Source: Clostridia bacterium (GTDB taxonomy: Bacteria; Bacillota; Clostridia; Saccharofermentanales; UBA5734). From it: 64,000 nucleotides of DNA. Below are positions 15,086 through 25,309 of the stretch, piece by piece. A model generated the notes under the pieces. The model was not told where the DNA came from. It was given only the letters and a program-made list of their open reading frames with translations, and made no database searches. The stretch lies in contig JAXGXR010000002.1 in NCBI GenBank assembly GCA_040772725.1, forward strand, positions 559,217-623,216. Direction: 5' to 3'. The first letter of the stretch is position 1. The number at the start of each line of letters is the position of its first letter. The position numbers and the translations under genes are program-made.

Positions 15086-16366
15086 TTATAGGAGATCTCG
15101 TCGGGACTGCTTTTGGGCCCGCAACCGGCTAATCCCGGTAAGTGGCCTGAAACGACTGAGGCAGTAGTCGAGGAAAACCGCACTCTGGCGGATGCCATGA
15201 GGGTCGAGCGGCAGCAGGACACGGCCGGCTCCGCTTGATGTTCGGATTGCGTCCATGGGCAGTCGATGTGGGCGCCTGGGGTCGGCCAGGCTGATTTCCG
15301 GGTGGCTGTCACCGGGATCGCGATGTTCGCGCGGGTTGTCCGGGTTTTCGTCATGGTCGCGGTACATGGCCGAGTCTGCCCAGCGGTGGCAGTGGGTGAC
15401 TGAAAAGCCTGGAAAGTGCATGTCGATGGTTTCCGGCGACACTTCAGTCACGGAGGAAAGGTACCGGCGGTAGCCAAGAAAGAAGCGCGCCATGTTTGGA
15501 TCGGCTTTGAAATGGGAGCCGATCGTGGCTTCGCGGATCCAGGCGGCATAGCGGACCATGTCTTTTGGTCGGACGTGATCCCAGGCGGGCAGATTGTCAG
15601 CTGGCTCGCCCAGATGCTCATAGATGACCTGGCAGTATTGGTCGAAGATTTGCGGGGCCAATCGCTCCAGTTTGAAAAAGCGGTTCAGGATCGCAGCCTG
15701 GTTTTCCGAGCCGCAGCGCAAGAGAACCTGTTCAAACAGAAGCACGCTGTCCTGATAGACTGTTTCATCACCGATCCGGAACAAATAGGTGCAAAGCCGC
15801 TCGCCGAAGGGCAGCAGAGGATCGACACGGTACCTGATCAGAAACTCGTGGAGTGAAAATTGCTTGTCCAGGACTTTGCGCGCGCACCGGCTGACCACGG
15901 AACGTGTGTTGACTCGCAGGAAATCGTTGATGGTGAGGTCGTGGGCGACCTCCCTGACCCGGATGATTCCGCTCAGGACATCGAGGGCATGGGTGACCAG
16001 CGGGTGGGGGAACGTGCGCTGGAAAACGAGGTAGCCGACCTGCAGCAGTGAGTCGCAGGCCCGTTCCCGGATAATGAGCAGCAGACGATCCGTCAGTTCA
16101 CTTCTGGCCGTTTGGGCACCGAGGGCAGGGAAAACGAGCATGAGCTGACGTGATGGCATGGCACGGGCGAATTGAAGCAGTCGGGCCGTATCGGGCATTT
16201 GCAGGATTGTTGAAGCCAATGTCTGCAGATCGTCCGCCCGGATCTTTCCCACCCATTCATCCGGGTAAGGGAAGTGCTGACGGACAGACTGCAGGGTTTC
16301 CTGGAAACGGCTGCCCGTCACGCTTGCGCCTTGGGCGCTATTCGCATTGGCAACCGACGGCCCCAT
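15086..16366 (-). CDS. Hypothetical soluble protein, possibly EH-signature (ZorC-like) domain
   Basis: A 426-aa ORF with host-like composition, translationally coupled to the upstream gene (TAA-GG-ATG). Contains the motifs IYEHLGEP, ADPNMARFFLGYRRYL and MHFPGFSVTHCHRWADSAMY. The family call is from memory and was not computed. Confidence 0.45.
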   Translation of the reverse strand: MGPSVANANSAQGASVTGSRFQETLQSVRQHFPYPDEWVGKIRADDLQTLASTILQMPDTARLLQFARAMPSRQLMLVFPALGAQTARSELTDRLLLIIRERACDSLLQVGYLVFQRTFPHPLVTHALDVLSGIIRVREVAHDLTINDFLRVNTRSVVSRCARKVLDKQFSLHEFLIRYRVDPLLPFGERLCTYLFRIGDETVYQDSVLLFEQVLLRCGSENQAAILNRFFKLERLAPQIFDQYCQVIYEHLGEPADNLPAWDHVRPKDMVRYAAWIREATIGSHFKADPNMARFFLGYRRYLSSVTEVSPETIDMHFPGFSVTHCHRWADSAMYRDHDENPDNPREHRDPGDSHPEISLADPRRPHRLPMDAIRTSSGAGRVLLPLDPHGIRQSAVFLDYCLSRFRPLTGISRLRAQKQSRRDLL

Positions 16367-16368
16367 CC

Positions 16369-18006
16369 TTATTTGAAGTCGGCGCTGCGGCGCAGGACCT
16401 GCGGCAGGGCATCGACGGCGTCGCGGATTTCACTGGCCGCGCTGGCCAGCCGGCCGACCACATCGGCCAATCCGTCATCAAATGACTTGAGGGTGTCATG
16501 GACATACTGACCGGATTCAGCGGCGAACTGCCGGCTGGCGTGCTCCATCAGGGCGTTCAGTTCGCTGAACCGCTGATTGATGGCGGTCGACTGCAAGGTC
16601 AGCTGGCCTGTTTCCTGACGCATCTGGTCGAGCAGCAGGCCAGTCTCGCGCCTCAGCCCCTCGGTCAGGCGCGAGATTTGCTCGCGCATGTCAGCGACAT
16701 ACTGGCCGGATGTTTCAGACTGGCTGTGGGCGGCCTCCTGAGCCTCCCTCAGGAAACGGCCGGACTCGGCGACCAGTCCGGCCAGACGCTGGGCATATTG
16801 GCCCATCTGGCCGTTCAGGTCCGCAATGGTGCGGGTCAAGGCCGCTTCGTTTCCGCCATAGACCTCGGCCATGCCGGCTGTGGCATCCGAGAGCCTGCCG
16901 ATCTGTTCCTTCATGCTGGCCATGTCGTCGGCAAAGTCCTGGCGTGCCTTGGCAAGTTCGCGGATGGAACCGTCCGTCTGGCGGACCAGCGCGTCGACCT
17001 CCGTGCGGGCCGTCTGCAGAGAGCGAAGCGCCACCTCGACATAGTTCTTCACATCGCCCATCAGAGGGGTCAGATTCGCCAATTGCTGGTAAATCGGTTC
17101 CAGGTGCGAAGCCAGTTCTTCAGACAAGGCGGTCGCGAACCGGACGGCCAGATCCTGCATGCCCTTTTCCTGCCGCCCGGCCAATTCAGTCGAAAGGTCG
17201 GTCAGTGTGCTGGCTGCCTGTGCGATCGATGGCGAGACCGTCTCCATGAGGACGCGCTCGACGCTGCGCTTCACACCGTCTGCCATGTCGGATTCGGCGA
17301 TCCGGGCAGCCGTTTCATTGAAATTGTTCAGGGCCCCCTGCATATGGCGGTCATAGATCAAAAAGGAATTGACCAGGGCGGAAAGGCCACTTTGGGTGCC
17401 AAAGGCCGGCACGTGTCGGCAGACTGCCTCACTGAGCCGGGTTGTCCGGTCTTTGAGGTCTGTCTTGCGATGAGCCGCAAGCCAGGCCAGTGTCAAGGCT
17501 CCGGCGGTGCCGACGGTGAGTGGCAGCAGGGAGAAGAGAATGACAGTCGGCCCTTCCGGCAGGGGTAGCCGGATCTGGGTGATCAGGCTGCTCAGGCTGG
17601 CGACGATGCCGATCAGGAACACAGTCAGGGCGGGCTTTTGACTGAGCAGATTTTGTTCTGAAGGTTTCAGGACCCGCTCAAAGGTCAGCGCAGGCGCGGG
17701 ATCGGGCAGCCATTGGCCCTGGTGGAGCATGGCCGAGTCGGCATGAAGCCGGGCAAAGCAGCTGCGAAGCGCAGGTGATTCGCTGTTTTCCGACAGGACC
17801 AGCATCGGATCCAGATTGTCCGGTCCATATCCCTCCAGCTGGTCCATTTCATCCGCGAGTCCGGAGATTGCCTGGGCGGTGCGACTGCGAACCTGCCAGC
17901 CGACCAGCGCGTAAAGGAGGGTCACGATGACCAGGATGGCCGCGATGAAGGGGGAAATCACCCAGTGGATGACCGGGATCCCGAAAAGTGCGGATGTCAG
18001 AACCAT
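16369..18006 (-). CDS. Membrane protein with 3 TM segments and a ~360-aa coiled-coil tail (ZorA/MotA-like architecture?)
   Basis: TM1 covers aa ~5-36 and a TM2/TM3 hairpin covers aa ~124-180 (..LLPLTVGTAGALTLAWL..). The rest is a heptad-rich Q/A/E/L tail with internal repeats (SGQYV x2, GQYAQ). Confidence 0.45.
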   Translation of the reverse strand: MVLTSALFGIPVIHWVISPFIAAILVIVTLLYALVGWQVRSRTAQAISGLADEMDQLEGYGPDNLDPMLVLSENSESPALRSCFARLHADSAMLHQGQWLPDPAPALTFERVLKPSEQNLLSQKPALTVFLIGIVASLSSLITQIRLPLPEGPTVILFSLLPLTVGTAGALTLAWLAAHRKTDLKDRTTRLSEAVCRHVPAFGTQSGLSALVNSFLIYDRHMQGALNNFNETAARIAESDMADGVKRSVERVLMETVSPSIAQAASTLTDLSTELAGRQEKGMQDLAVRFATALSEELASHLEPIYQQLANLTPLMGDVKNYVEVALRSLQTARTEVDALVRQTDGSIRELAKARQDFADDMASMKEQIGRLSDATAGMAEVYGGNEAALTRTIADLNGQMGQYAQRLAGLVAESGRFLREAQEAAHSQSETSGQYVADMREQISRLTEGLRRETGLLLDQMRQETGQLTLQSTAINQRFSELNALMEHASRQFAAESGQYVHDTLKSFDDGLADVVGRLASAASEIRDAVDALPQVLRRSADFK

Positions 18007-18052
18007 GTTGGTGCCTCCTTGGATTTGGCGCGCCGTAAAGGGCTTTTAGTCA

Positions 18053-19174
18053 TCATGGATTCAGGCCGGACAGTTCCGGCAAGATAAAAAGCCCGTCTTT
18101 GCGGACCAGGATGTCATCAAACCAGATCTCTCCCCCGCCGTATTCCGGACGCTGGATCAGGACCAGATCCCAGTGGATGCTGGAATCATTGCCATTTGAG
18201 GCTTCGTCATAGCAGGCCCCGGGGGTGAAGTGGAACGAGCCGCAGATTTTTTCGTCGAAAAGGGTGTTCATGAACGGCTCACGGATTTTTGGATTGATAC
18301 CCAGCGCGAACTCGCCGATATACCGGGCCCCTTCGTCGGTGTCGAGGACTTTGTTCAAGGTTTCCTGGTTTGTATCGGACATCGCGTTTACAATACGACC
18401 ATTTTCGAACTCGAATCGAATGCCGGCGATTGTCTTGCCCCAGTAGACCGTGGGCGTATTGAACGTGATCGTGCCATTGACGGAGTCACGGACCGGTGCG
18501 GTGAACACTTCTCCGTCGGGGATGTTGCTCTCGCCGCAGCAGGGGATGACCGGTATGCCCTGGATCGAGAAGGACAGGTCGGTCCCCGGGCCGACAATGC
18601 GGACACGGTCCGTGTACTGCATCCGTTCGACGAGCGGCTTCACATCCTGGCTCATCTTGCCGTAATCGACCAGAGAGACATCAAATACAAAGTCAAAGAA
18701 CCGGTCATACGGCATGCCGGCCCGCTGGGCCTGGGCGGGGGTCGGGTATTCGAACAGGACCCAGCGTCGTTCGTTGATGATCAGGTCCTTGAGCGGTTTG
18801 CCGATCCGGGCCTCCATTTGACGCACAGCCGGCGGAACCGAGGAGAGCTCCTGATCATTGGCAAAAGCGCGCAGATAGATGTTGGCGCATACGTCCTCAT
18901 ACTTTCTCAGGCCCCAGGCGGTGCGCTTGGCCAGAAAAGCCTCGGACACACCGCTGTCATCGGTTCTGAGGCCTTCGAGACCAAGCCGGGACAACTTCTG
19001 GGATGACAGCTCGACCTGGGTGAAAATGCCCAGCTGGTTTGCCCTCTGGACGATCGCCTCAGCCAGGGGAAGAGCGACGATGTCCGCGTTGATGTTGACG
19101 ATTTCGGCTGGCTGCAGCCGCAGGGAATGGTTCAGGATGAGACCGGCCAGATCATCGTGACGTGGATCTTGCAT
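18053..19174 (-). CDS. M29-family aminopeptidase (AmpS/PepS-like)
   Basis: The C-terminus ...GSFHFTPGACYDEASNGNDSSIHWDLV is typical of M29 peptidases. RBS gaggagga precedes ATG (MQDPRHD) at 19174. Confidence 0.8.
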   Translation of the reverse strand: MQDPRHDDLAGLILNHSLRLQPAEIVNINADIVALPLAEAIVQRANQLGIFTQVELSSQKLSRLGLEGLRTDDSGVSEAFLAKRTAWGLRKYEDVCANIYLRAFANDQELSSVPPAVRQMEARIGKPLKDLIINERRWVLFEYPTPAQAQRAGMPYDRFFDFVFDVSLVDYGKMSQDVKPLVERMQYTDRVRIVGPGTDLSFSIQGIPVIPCCGESNIPDGEVFTAPVRDSVNGTITFNTPTVYWGKTIAGIRFEFENGRIVNAMSDTNQETLNKVLDTDEGARYIGEFALGINPKIREPFMNTLFDEKICGSFHFTPGACYDEASNGNDSSIHWDLVLIQRPEYGGGEIWFDDILVRKDGLFILPELSGLNP

Positions 19175-19282
19175 GCTGTCCTCCTCGGTCGACACACAAA
19201 CACGGCGCCCGGTCAACGGGCAGCCGGCTGGCTTGATAGTCATGATTAGGGACATTATAGCAGATGCGTCCGGCTTGTTACG

Positions 19283-20221
19283 TCAAACTTTAAGTGTCTC
19301 CACGACATTGCGCAGGGTTTTTTCATCGTCCACGGGCGAAACGGAAAGCGTCGCGTCGATCTTTCGGATCAGACCGCTGAGGACTTTCCCTGGACCACAC
19401 TCGACAAAATGAGTGAAGCCGTCTGTTTTCATATTCAGAACGGTACGGGTCCACAGCACGGGGCTGCACAGGTGTTCGGCCAGATGGGACGGGAGATCAA
19501 CACTGTCCGGAATCAATTGACCGGATCGATTGCTGTATAGTGGATGAGATGACGAATGATAGGGCAATGTCCGGGCAAATTCGGCCAGGGGAGATGCTGC
19601 CGAAGCCATCAGCCGGGTGTGAAAGGCGCCACTGACAGCCAGCGGAACAACACGACGGGCACCCGCGGATTTCAAGGCCTCCACGCAGGCGGCCATCGCG
19701 GCCGCCTCTCCCGCGATGACCAGTTGGCCAGGTGCGTTGTAGTTGACAGCAAATACCTTTCCTCTGAAATCAGGCTGATCCAGCACGGCGATCACTGCCT
19801 CGTCCTTGAGTCCGAGCACCGCGGCCATCGCTCCAGGATTGGCATCGGAAGCCTCCTGCATGAGCTCGGAGCGCTTCGTCACCAGTCGCATGGTGTTGGC
19901 CAGTGACAATCGTCCGGACGCGCAAAGGGCGGTGTACTCACCCAGCGAAAAACCGGCGAAAGCCAATGTGGCGGGATCGGTCGTCCGAAGCGATGGCATG
20001 TGCTCCAGCAGCGCGGCATGTGCGGCCAGGCTGTGGGCCACGATGGCCATCTGGGCGTATCGGGTCTGGGACAATGCGGATTCATCCAGGCTGGCCAGAT
20101 CGATACCTGCCGCATCAGAAGCCTCGGCCAGCACTCGGGATGCGGCTGCGCTGGCTGCAAGAATGCCGGTGCCCATGCCGACAGACTGGGATCCTTGTCC
20201 TGGAAATACAAAGGCAATCAT
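19283..20221 (-). CDS. fabD: Malonyl-CoA:ACP transacylase
   Basis: Contains MIAFVFPGQGSQSVGMG and the active-site motif GFSLGEYTAL. Confidence 0.9.
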   Translation of the reverse strand: MIAFVFPGQGSQSVGMGTGILAASAAASRVLAEASDAAGIDLASLDESALSQTRYAQMAIVAHSLAAHAALLEHMPSLRTTDPATLAFAGFSLGEYTALCASGRLSLANTMRLVTKRSELMQEASDANPGAMAAVLGLKDEAVIAVLDQPDFRGKVFAVNYNAPGQLVIAGEAAAMAACVEALKSAGARRVVPLAVSGAFHTRLMASAASPLAEFARTLPYHSSSHPLYSNRSGQLIPDSVDLPSHLAEHLCSPVLWTRTVLNMKTDGFTHFVECGPGKVLSGLIRKIDATLSVSPVDDEKTLRNVVETLKV

Positions 20222-20290
20222 AACTTCTCCTGATTTTGGAACCGGCGCATCATCTTGACAGAAAGGGATGGCTCAGGTATCCTGTTATTA

Positions 20291-20307
20291 ATTTTGATAA
20301 TCAAAAT
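20291..20307. promoter_or_regulatory. FabT-type palindrome in the fabD/fabH divergent promoter region
   Basis: ATTTTGAT-A-ATCAAAAT is a perfect 8-1-8 palindrome in an AT-rich island. It resembles the streptococcal FabT box (..TTTGATTATCAAA..) as I recall it. Confidence 0.45.
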
Positions 20308-20374
20308 ATTTGATAAACTAATTATAAATCAGGAATGGCCGTTTGCCAAGACCAGTCCTGTCGGAGGAAAAACC

Positions 20375-21394
20375 ATGAGGCCAATGACCCTGTTGGGAAC
20401 CGGCGCCTATCTGCCGGAACTGACCGTTGACAACCACCGTATGTCCGGCATCGTTGAAACCAGCGATGCCTGGATTCTCAGCCGGACCGGCATTTCCAGC
20501 CGGCACCTGAGCGCCGGCGAAAGCACCGCGGACATGGGCGAGATGGCCGCGCTCCGCGCGATCGAGGCAGCCGGCATCGCACCGGAGCAGATCAGCGCGA
20601 TCATCGTGACGACCTTGACACCGGACCATTACACCCCCTCCACAGCTTGTCTGATCCAGGCACGGATCGGGGCGACCAATGCCTTCTGCTATGATCTTAA
20701 CGCCGCCTGCACCGGCTTTGTCTATGCCCTGGACGTGGCGTCCCGCTATCTGCTCGATCCCGAGATGGGACCGATCCTGATCATCAGCAGCGAGACGCTG
20801 AGCAAGATCGTCGATTATTCCGACCGGACCACCTGTGTCCTGTTTGGCGATGCCGCTGCCGCCGTTGTGGTTGCCCGGCCCGAACCCGGACAGATGGATG
20901 AGTCCACTATTCCGGGCGTCCTGTCATCCTTCATGCGGGCCGAGGGCGAGAGCGGGGGCGCGCTGGTCAGCGCAGCCCTTCCGGTCAGCCATCCGTTCCT
21001 GAAAACCGAGGACATCCGCCCCGATCCGTTTGGCCATACGATCGGTCGTTTCCTGTCCATGAACGGTCAGGAAGTGTTCCGTTTCGCAGTCCGCGCGCTG
21101 TCGGATTCTGTGACCATCGCTGCTGAAAAGGCAGGTCTTTCAGTCGATGACATCGACTGGATCGTGCCGCACCAGGCCAACAGCCGCATCATGGACGCTG
21201 CGGTCAGAAGACTGCAGGTTGATCCGGAAAAGGTGATTTCCCGCATGCGTGACCTGGGGAACACCTCATCGGCCAGCATTCCGATCTGCCTGGATGAACT
21301 GGTCCGTGATGGTCGCCTCAAACGGGGACAGATGGTCGCGGTCACTGGTTTCGGCGGCGGTCTGACCTATGGCGCCGCGATCTTCCGGTACTGA
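20375..21394 (+). CDS. fabH: 3-oxoacyl-ACP synthase III
   Basis: RBS ggagg precedes ATG 20375. Contains SDAWILSRTGISSRH, the active-site Cys context NAACTGFVYAL, and HQANSRI. Confidence 0.9.
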   Translation: MRPMTLLGTGAYLPELTVDNHRMSGIVETSDAWILSRTGISSRHLSAGESTADMGEMAALRAIEAAGIAPEQISAIIVTTLTPDHYTPSTACLIQARIGATNAFCYDLNAACTGFVYALDVASRYLLDPEMGPILIISSETLSKIVDYSDRTTCVLFGDAAAAVVVARPEPGQMDESTIPGVLSSFMRAEGESGGALVSAALPVSHPFLKTEDIRPDPFGHTIGRFLSMNGQEVFRFAVRALSDSVTIAAEKAGLSVDDIDWIVPHQANSRIMDAAVRRLQVDPEKVISRMRDLGNTSSASIPICLDELVRDGRLKRGQMVAVTGFGGGLTYGAAIFRY

Positions 21395-21429
21395 GCCTGT
21401 TGGGAAAGAAACAAGGAAGGGTTGAAATC

Positions 21430-22377
21430 ATGAGTGAAAACCGCGTCTGTCAATTATTGAATATTGAATATCCGCTGATCCAGGGGGGCATGGCCTGGGT
21501 CGCCAACGCCGAGCTGGCCGCTGCAGTGTCCAATGGGGGCGGACTGGGCTTGATTGCCGCCGGCTCGATGGATGGCGAACGCCTCCGTCAGGAGATCCGC
21601 AAGGCAAAAGGCATGACCGACAAACCATTCGGCGTGAACATCATGCTGATGAACCCGGTGTCCGATGACCTGGCCAAGGTGGTCATCGAGGAGCAAGTTC
21701 CGGTGGTCACCACCGGTGCGGGTTCACCGGGAAAATACATGGAAGCCTGGAAAAAGGCCGGTATCAGGATTGTCCCGGTCATTCCATCTGTCGCGTACGC
21801 GAAACGGATGGAAAGCCTTGGCGCTGACGCGATCGTGGCGGAAGGCACTGAGGCAGGCGGCCATATCGGCGAGCTGACGACCATGGTGCTGATTCCCCAG
21901 ATCGTCGACGCGGTCAGCATCCCGGTCATCGCGGCAGGCGGGATGGCGGACGGTCGTGGCGTTGCCGCGGCCTTCATGCTCGGGGCGGAAGGCGTCCAGG
22001 TCGGAACCCGTTTCCTTGCCAGCACGGAGTGCACGATCCATGACCATTACAAGCAAATGGTCCTGAAAGCCCGGGATATCGACACCACGGTGACAGGCCG
22101 CAGCGGCGGTCACCCTGTCCGCGTGCTCAAGAACAAACTGACACGACATCTGCAGGAACTGGAAAAGCGTGGTGCCACGTTTGAGGAAATGGAATCGATC
22201 ACGATCGGTTCCCTGCGCAAGGCGGTCCTCGATGGCAATCTGGAGGAAGGTTCCTTCATGGCCGGACAGTCTGCCGGCCTGGTCAGTTCGATCGAACCGG
22301 CCGCGGTGATTATCCGCATCCTGTTCGAGCAGGCGAGCGACCGGATGAATCAGATCCGCCCCGAGGTGCTCCGATGA
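21430..22377 (+). CDS. fabK: Enoyl-ACP reductase II (FMN-dependent, NPD family)
   Basis: Contains IEYPLIQGGMAWVANAELAAAVSNGGGLG and AEGTEAGGHIG. Its position inside the fab operon supports the call. Confidence 0.85.
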   Translation: MSENRVCQLLNIEYPLIQGGMAWVANAELAAAVSNGGGLGLIAAGSMDGERLRQEIRKAKGMTDKPFGVNIMLMNPVSDDLAKVVIEEQVPVVTTGAGSPGKYMEAWKKAGIRIVPVIPSVAYAKRMESLGADAIVAEGTEAGGHIGELTTMVLIPQIVDAVSIPVIAAGGMADGRGVAAAFMLGAEGVQVGTRFLASTECTIHDHYKQMVLKARDIDTTVTGRSGGHPVRVLKNKLTRHLQELEKRGATFEEMESITIGSLRKAVLDGNLEEGSFMAGQSAGLVSSIEPAAVIIRILFEQASDRMNQIRPEVLR

Positions 22378-23102
22378 TCGCGCTGGTCACCGGTGGCTCG
22401 CGCGGGATTGGCGCGGCGATCGCGAAAAAACTGGCCGCTGAAGGTCATGATATTGCCATCACCTATCGCGGACGGGCCGACGCGGCTCAAGCCACCGTAC
22501 AGGCCTGTCAGGCGTTGGGGGTCCGTGCGCTTGCCGTCCAGGCGGACATAGCCAGTGAAGAGGATAGTGTCCGGGTGTTCGGGCAGATCCGGCGTGAACT
22601 CGGACCCATCGGGATCCTGGTCAACAATGCCGGCATCACCCGCGACGGCCTGCTGGTCCGGATGAAAACCGAACAGTTCAATGACGTGCTGTCGACCAAT
22701 CTGACCGGCGCGTTCATCATGAGCCGACTGGTGGTTCCGGACATGATGAAGGCTCGCAGTGGACGAATTATCAACATCACGTCGGTCGCTGGCTTGTACG
22801 GCAACGCCGGACAGGCCAACTACAGCGCGGCAAAGGCCGGACTCATCGGACTCACCCGGTCGATGGCCCGCGAACTGGGCAGTCGGGGCATCACCGTCAA
22901 CGCGGTCGCGCCGGGTTTCATTGACACGGAGATGACGGCCGGACTGCCGGAAAACCTGCGCTCGGGTGTCATTGGCCGCATTGCGCTCGGACGCCTTGGG
23001 CTGCCGGAGGACATCGCCGCGGCGGTCGCCTATCTCGCGTCGCCGGAAGCCGGTTATGTGACCGGACAGGTGCTGGAAGTGTCCGGCGGACTTTCGCTAT
23101 AA
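22374..23102 (+). CDS. fabG: 3-oxoacyl-ACP reductase
   Basis: SDR motifs VTGGSRGIGAAIA, NNAG and YSAAKAG are present. Confidence 0.9.
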   Translation: MIALVTGGSRGIGAAIAKKLAAEGHDIAITYRGRADAAQATVQACQALGVRALAVQADIASEEDSVRVFGQIRRELGPIGILVNNAGITRDGLLVRMKTEQFNDVLSTNLTGAFIMSRLVVPDMMKARSGRIINITSVAGLYGNAGQANYSAAKAGLIGLTRSMARELGSRGITVNAVAPGFIDTEMTAGLPENLRSGVIGRIALGRLGLPEDIAAAVAYLASPEAGYVTGQVLEVSGGLSL

Positions 23103-23118
23103 ACGAGGAGAAACACAT

Positions 23119-24378
23119 ATGTCAAACAAAAGCATGGATACAAGACGGGTTGTCGTGACGGGCATGGGTGTCATCAGCCCGATCGGGCTGGATGTCAGCG
23201 CCTTCCGCGACAGCCTGATGGCCGGTGTGATCGGGATCAGGCCAATCACCAATCCGGATATCGCGATTGAAAAAGTCGGTGTGACCGCCCATATTGATTC
23301 ATTTGATCCACTGAAATTCCTGGATCGCAAAGAGGCCCGGCGGATGGACCGCTATTGCCAGTTTGCGCTGGCCGCGACAAAAGAAGCGGTCGACCAGGCG
23401 GCGGGACTGATGGAATCCTACTCGCCGGAACGGGTTGGCACCGTCATCGGCAGCGGAGTTGGTGGCCTGGAGACCATGGAGTCCGAGTACAAGAAACTGC
23501 TGCTCAAGGGAGGACCCGGCCGTGTTTCGCCCCTGTTCATCCCCATGATGATTTCCAATATGGCTGCTGGACACGTTTCCATGGCCTACGGGACAAAGGG
23601 AGCCAGTTATTGCGTGACCACCGCGTGCGCTTCCGGAGCGCACGCGATCGGAGAAGCCTTCCGGGCGATCAAGCACGGTTATCTGGACGCCTGCATTGCG
23701 GGTGGCGCTGAAGCGCCGATCACGACGATCGCGGTGGCCGGATTCGCCAATATGACCGCTCTGAGCAGCCAGAAGGACCCGACCCTGGCATCGATCCCCT
23801 TTGACCGTCGCCGGAGCGGATTCGTCATCGGCGAAGGGGCCGGCATCGTGGTCCTGGAAGAACTGGAGTCCGCCCGCCGCCGGGGCGCGGCGATCATCTG
23901 CGAGATCGCCGGGTATGGATCCACATCGGATGCCTACCACATCACCAGCCCGGATCCTGAGGGTGCCGGTGCGGCCCTGGCGATGACCCTGGCCATGGAG
24001 GAAGCCGGTGAACAGCCCGGGACCGTCGATTACATCAATGCCCACGGCACCAGCACCCCACTGAATGACAAATACGAGACCCTCGCGATCAAAAAGGCGC
24101 TCGGTGACCATGCAGCCACGACACCGGTCAGCTCCACCAAATCGATGACCGGCCATCTGCTGGGCGCGGCCGGTGCGGTTGAGGCCATTGCCTGTGCTCT
24201 GGCCATCACCGGCGGAACGATCCCGCCCACGGTCGGACTGAACGAGCCGGACCCTGAATGCGATCTGGACTATGTGCCCCATGCAGCCAGGCAGGCCGAT
24301 GTCCGGGTCGCGCTGAGCAATTCGTTGGGATTTGGCGGGCATAATGCGACTTTGCTGCTGAGACGACTGGAGGATTGA
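23119..24378 (+). CDS. fabF: 3-oxoacyl-ACP synthase II
   Basis: Contains [15 protein letters not shown], the active-site context [12 protein letters not shown], plus HGTSTP and GFGGHNA. Confidence 0.9.
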   Translation: MSNKSMDTRRVVVTGMGVISPIGLDVSAFRDSLMAGVIGIRPITNPDIAIEKVGVTAHIDSFDPLKFLDRKEARRMDRYCQFALAATKEAVDQAAGLMESYSPERVGTVIGSGVGGLETMESEYKKLLLKGGPGRVSPLFIPMMISNMAAGHVSMAYGTKGASYCVTTACASGAHAIGEAFRAIKHGYLDACIAGGAEAPITTIAVAGFANMTALSSQKDPTLASIPFDRRRSGFVIGEGAGIVVLEELESARRRGAAIICEIAGYGSTSDAYHITSPDPEGAGAALAMTLAMEEAGEQPGTVDYINAHGTSTPLNDKYETLAIKKALGDHAATTPVSSTKSMTGHLLGAAGAVEAIACALAITGGTIPPTVGLNEPDPECDLDYVPHAARQADVRVALSNSLGFGGHNATLLLRRLED

Positions 24379-24380
24379 CC

Positions 24381-24881
24381 ATGGATGTGACAGCCATTCT
24401 GAAACTGATGAAGGAAATGAAGAACAGCGGTATTTCAACGCTTGAATGGTCGGCGGACGGCCAGAAACTGACCCTGACCCGTCCGGATGAACCGACGGGA
24501 CCGGATGTGTCATCCGCCCTGGCTCAAGCGATCGGGCAACTCAGGACCACGGATCTTCCCCGGATGGACGGGCCAACGATCGGCGAAACATCTGACACGA
24601 CGGAAGCATCCGAAGAAAAGACAGCCCGGCCTGCCGGCCGTATCGTTGCCTCGCCGGTCGTCGGCATTTTCTACGCGGCTCCGTCACCGGACCAGGATCC
24701 GTTTGTCACCATTGGCAAATCGGTCGAGGCCGGCACCCCGCTTGGCATCATCGAGGCCATGAAGCTCATGAACGAAGTGGTCAGCCCTTGTCCGGGCGTC
24801 ATCGTCGACATCCTGGTCGAAAACGCGCAGCGGGTGGAATACGGACAGCCCCTGTTTGTCATCGAGGAGCGCCAGTCATGA
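24381..24881 (+). CDS. accB: Biotin carboxyl carrier protein of acetyl-CoA carboxylase
   Basis: The biotinylation motif [10 protein letters not shown] is present. RBS ggagga precedes ATG 24381. Confidence 0.9.
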   Translation: MDVTAILKLMKEMKNSGISTLEWSADGQKLTLTRPDEPTGPDVSSALAQAIGQLRTTDLPRMDGPTIGETSDTTEASEEKTARPAGRIVASPVVGIFYAAPSPDQDPFVTIGKSVEAGTPLGIIEAMKLMNEVVSPCPGVIVDILVENAQRVEYGQPLFVIEERQS

Positions 24882-25309
24882 TCATGAACCAGGAACAGAT
24901 CAAGACAATCATTCCGCATCGTGACCCCATGCTGCTGCTCGACCGCGTGCTCGAAATGGAAGGTGACCGGATTGTCTGTGAAAAGCGCCTGACCGGCGAA
25001 GAAGACTTCTTTCGTGGCCATTTCCCGGACTATCCGGTCATGCCGGGCGTCCTGATCATCGAAGCCATGGCCCAGGCGGCGGCAGTCAACGTCCTGAGCC
25101 GCCCTGAATTCGCCGGTCGGATCGGTTTTTTCGGCGGCATCGACAAAGCGCGCTTCAAGCGCCAGGTCCGGCCGGGCGACACGCTGAGGCTGGAGGTCGT
25201 CATGACCCGGATGCGTGGCACGATCGGTTTCGCCAAAGGAGAAGCGACGGTTGATGGTCAGATGGCCTGCTCGGCAGACATGATCCTTGCCATTGAACGG
25301 GAGAAATGA
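24878..25309 (+). CDS. fabZ: 3-hydroxyacyl-ACP dehydratase
   Basis: Contains [13 protein letters not shown] and [23 protein letters not shown]. Confidence 0.9.
   Translation: MIMNQEQIKTIIPHRDPMLLLDRVLEMEGDRIVCEKRLTGEEDFFRGHFPDYPVMPGVLIIEAMAQAAAVNVLSRPEFAGRIGFFGGIDKARFKRQVRPGDTLRLEVVMTRMRGTIGFAKGEATVDGQMACSADMILAIEREK

Noticed and set aside
14998-15354. A possible frameshift in the C-terminus of the 426-aa protein. An alternative 118-aa frame overlaps its 3' end.
   Set aside because: The alternative frame gives a low-complexity product with no better motif content. The annotated frame keeps a plausible ..PHGIRQSAVFLDYCL.. ending. I cannot decide this without homologues, so no pseudogene call was made.
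23299-24513. 404-aa ORF antisense to fabF. Similar long antisense ORFs occur at 53299..55434 (711 aa), 59974..61254 (426 aa), 16498..17568, 33679..34797, 41303..42454, 62514..63449, 51526..52287, 55534..56433, 44822..45457, 39677..40555 and 29947..30618.
   Set aside because: These are shadow ORFs on the strand opposite to genes with unmistakable conserved motifs. They are Arg/Gly/Pro/His-rich and low-complexity, as expected in high-G+C DNA where stop codons are rare. None has a convincing RBS or a family resemblance.
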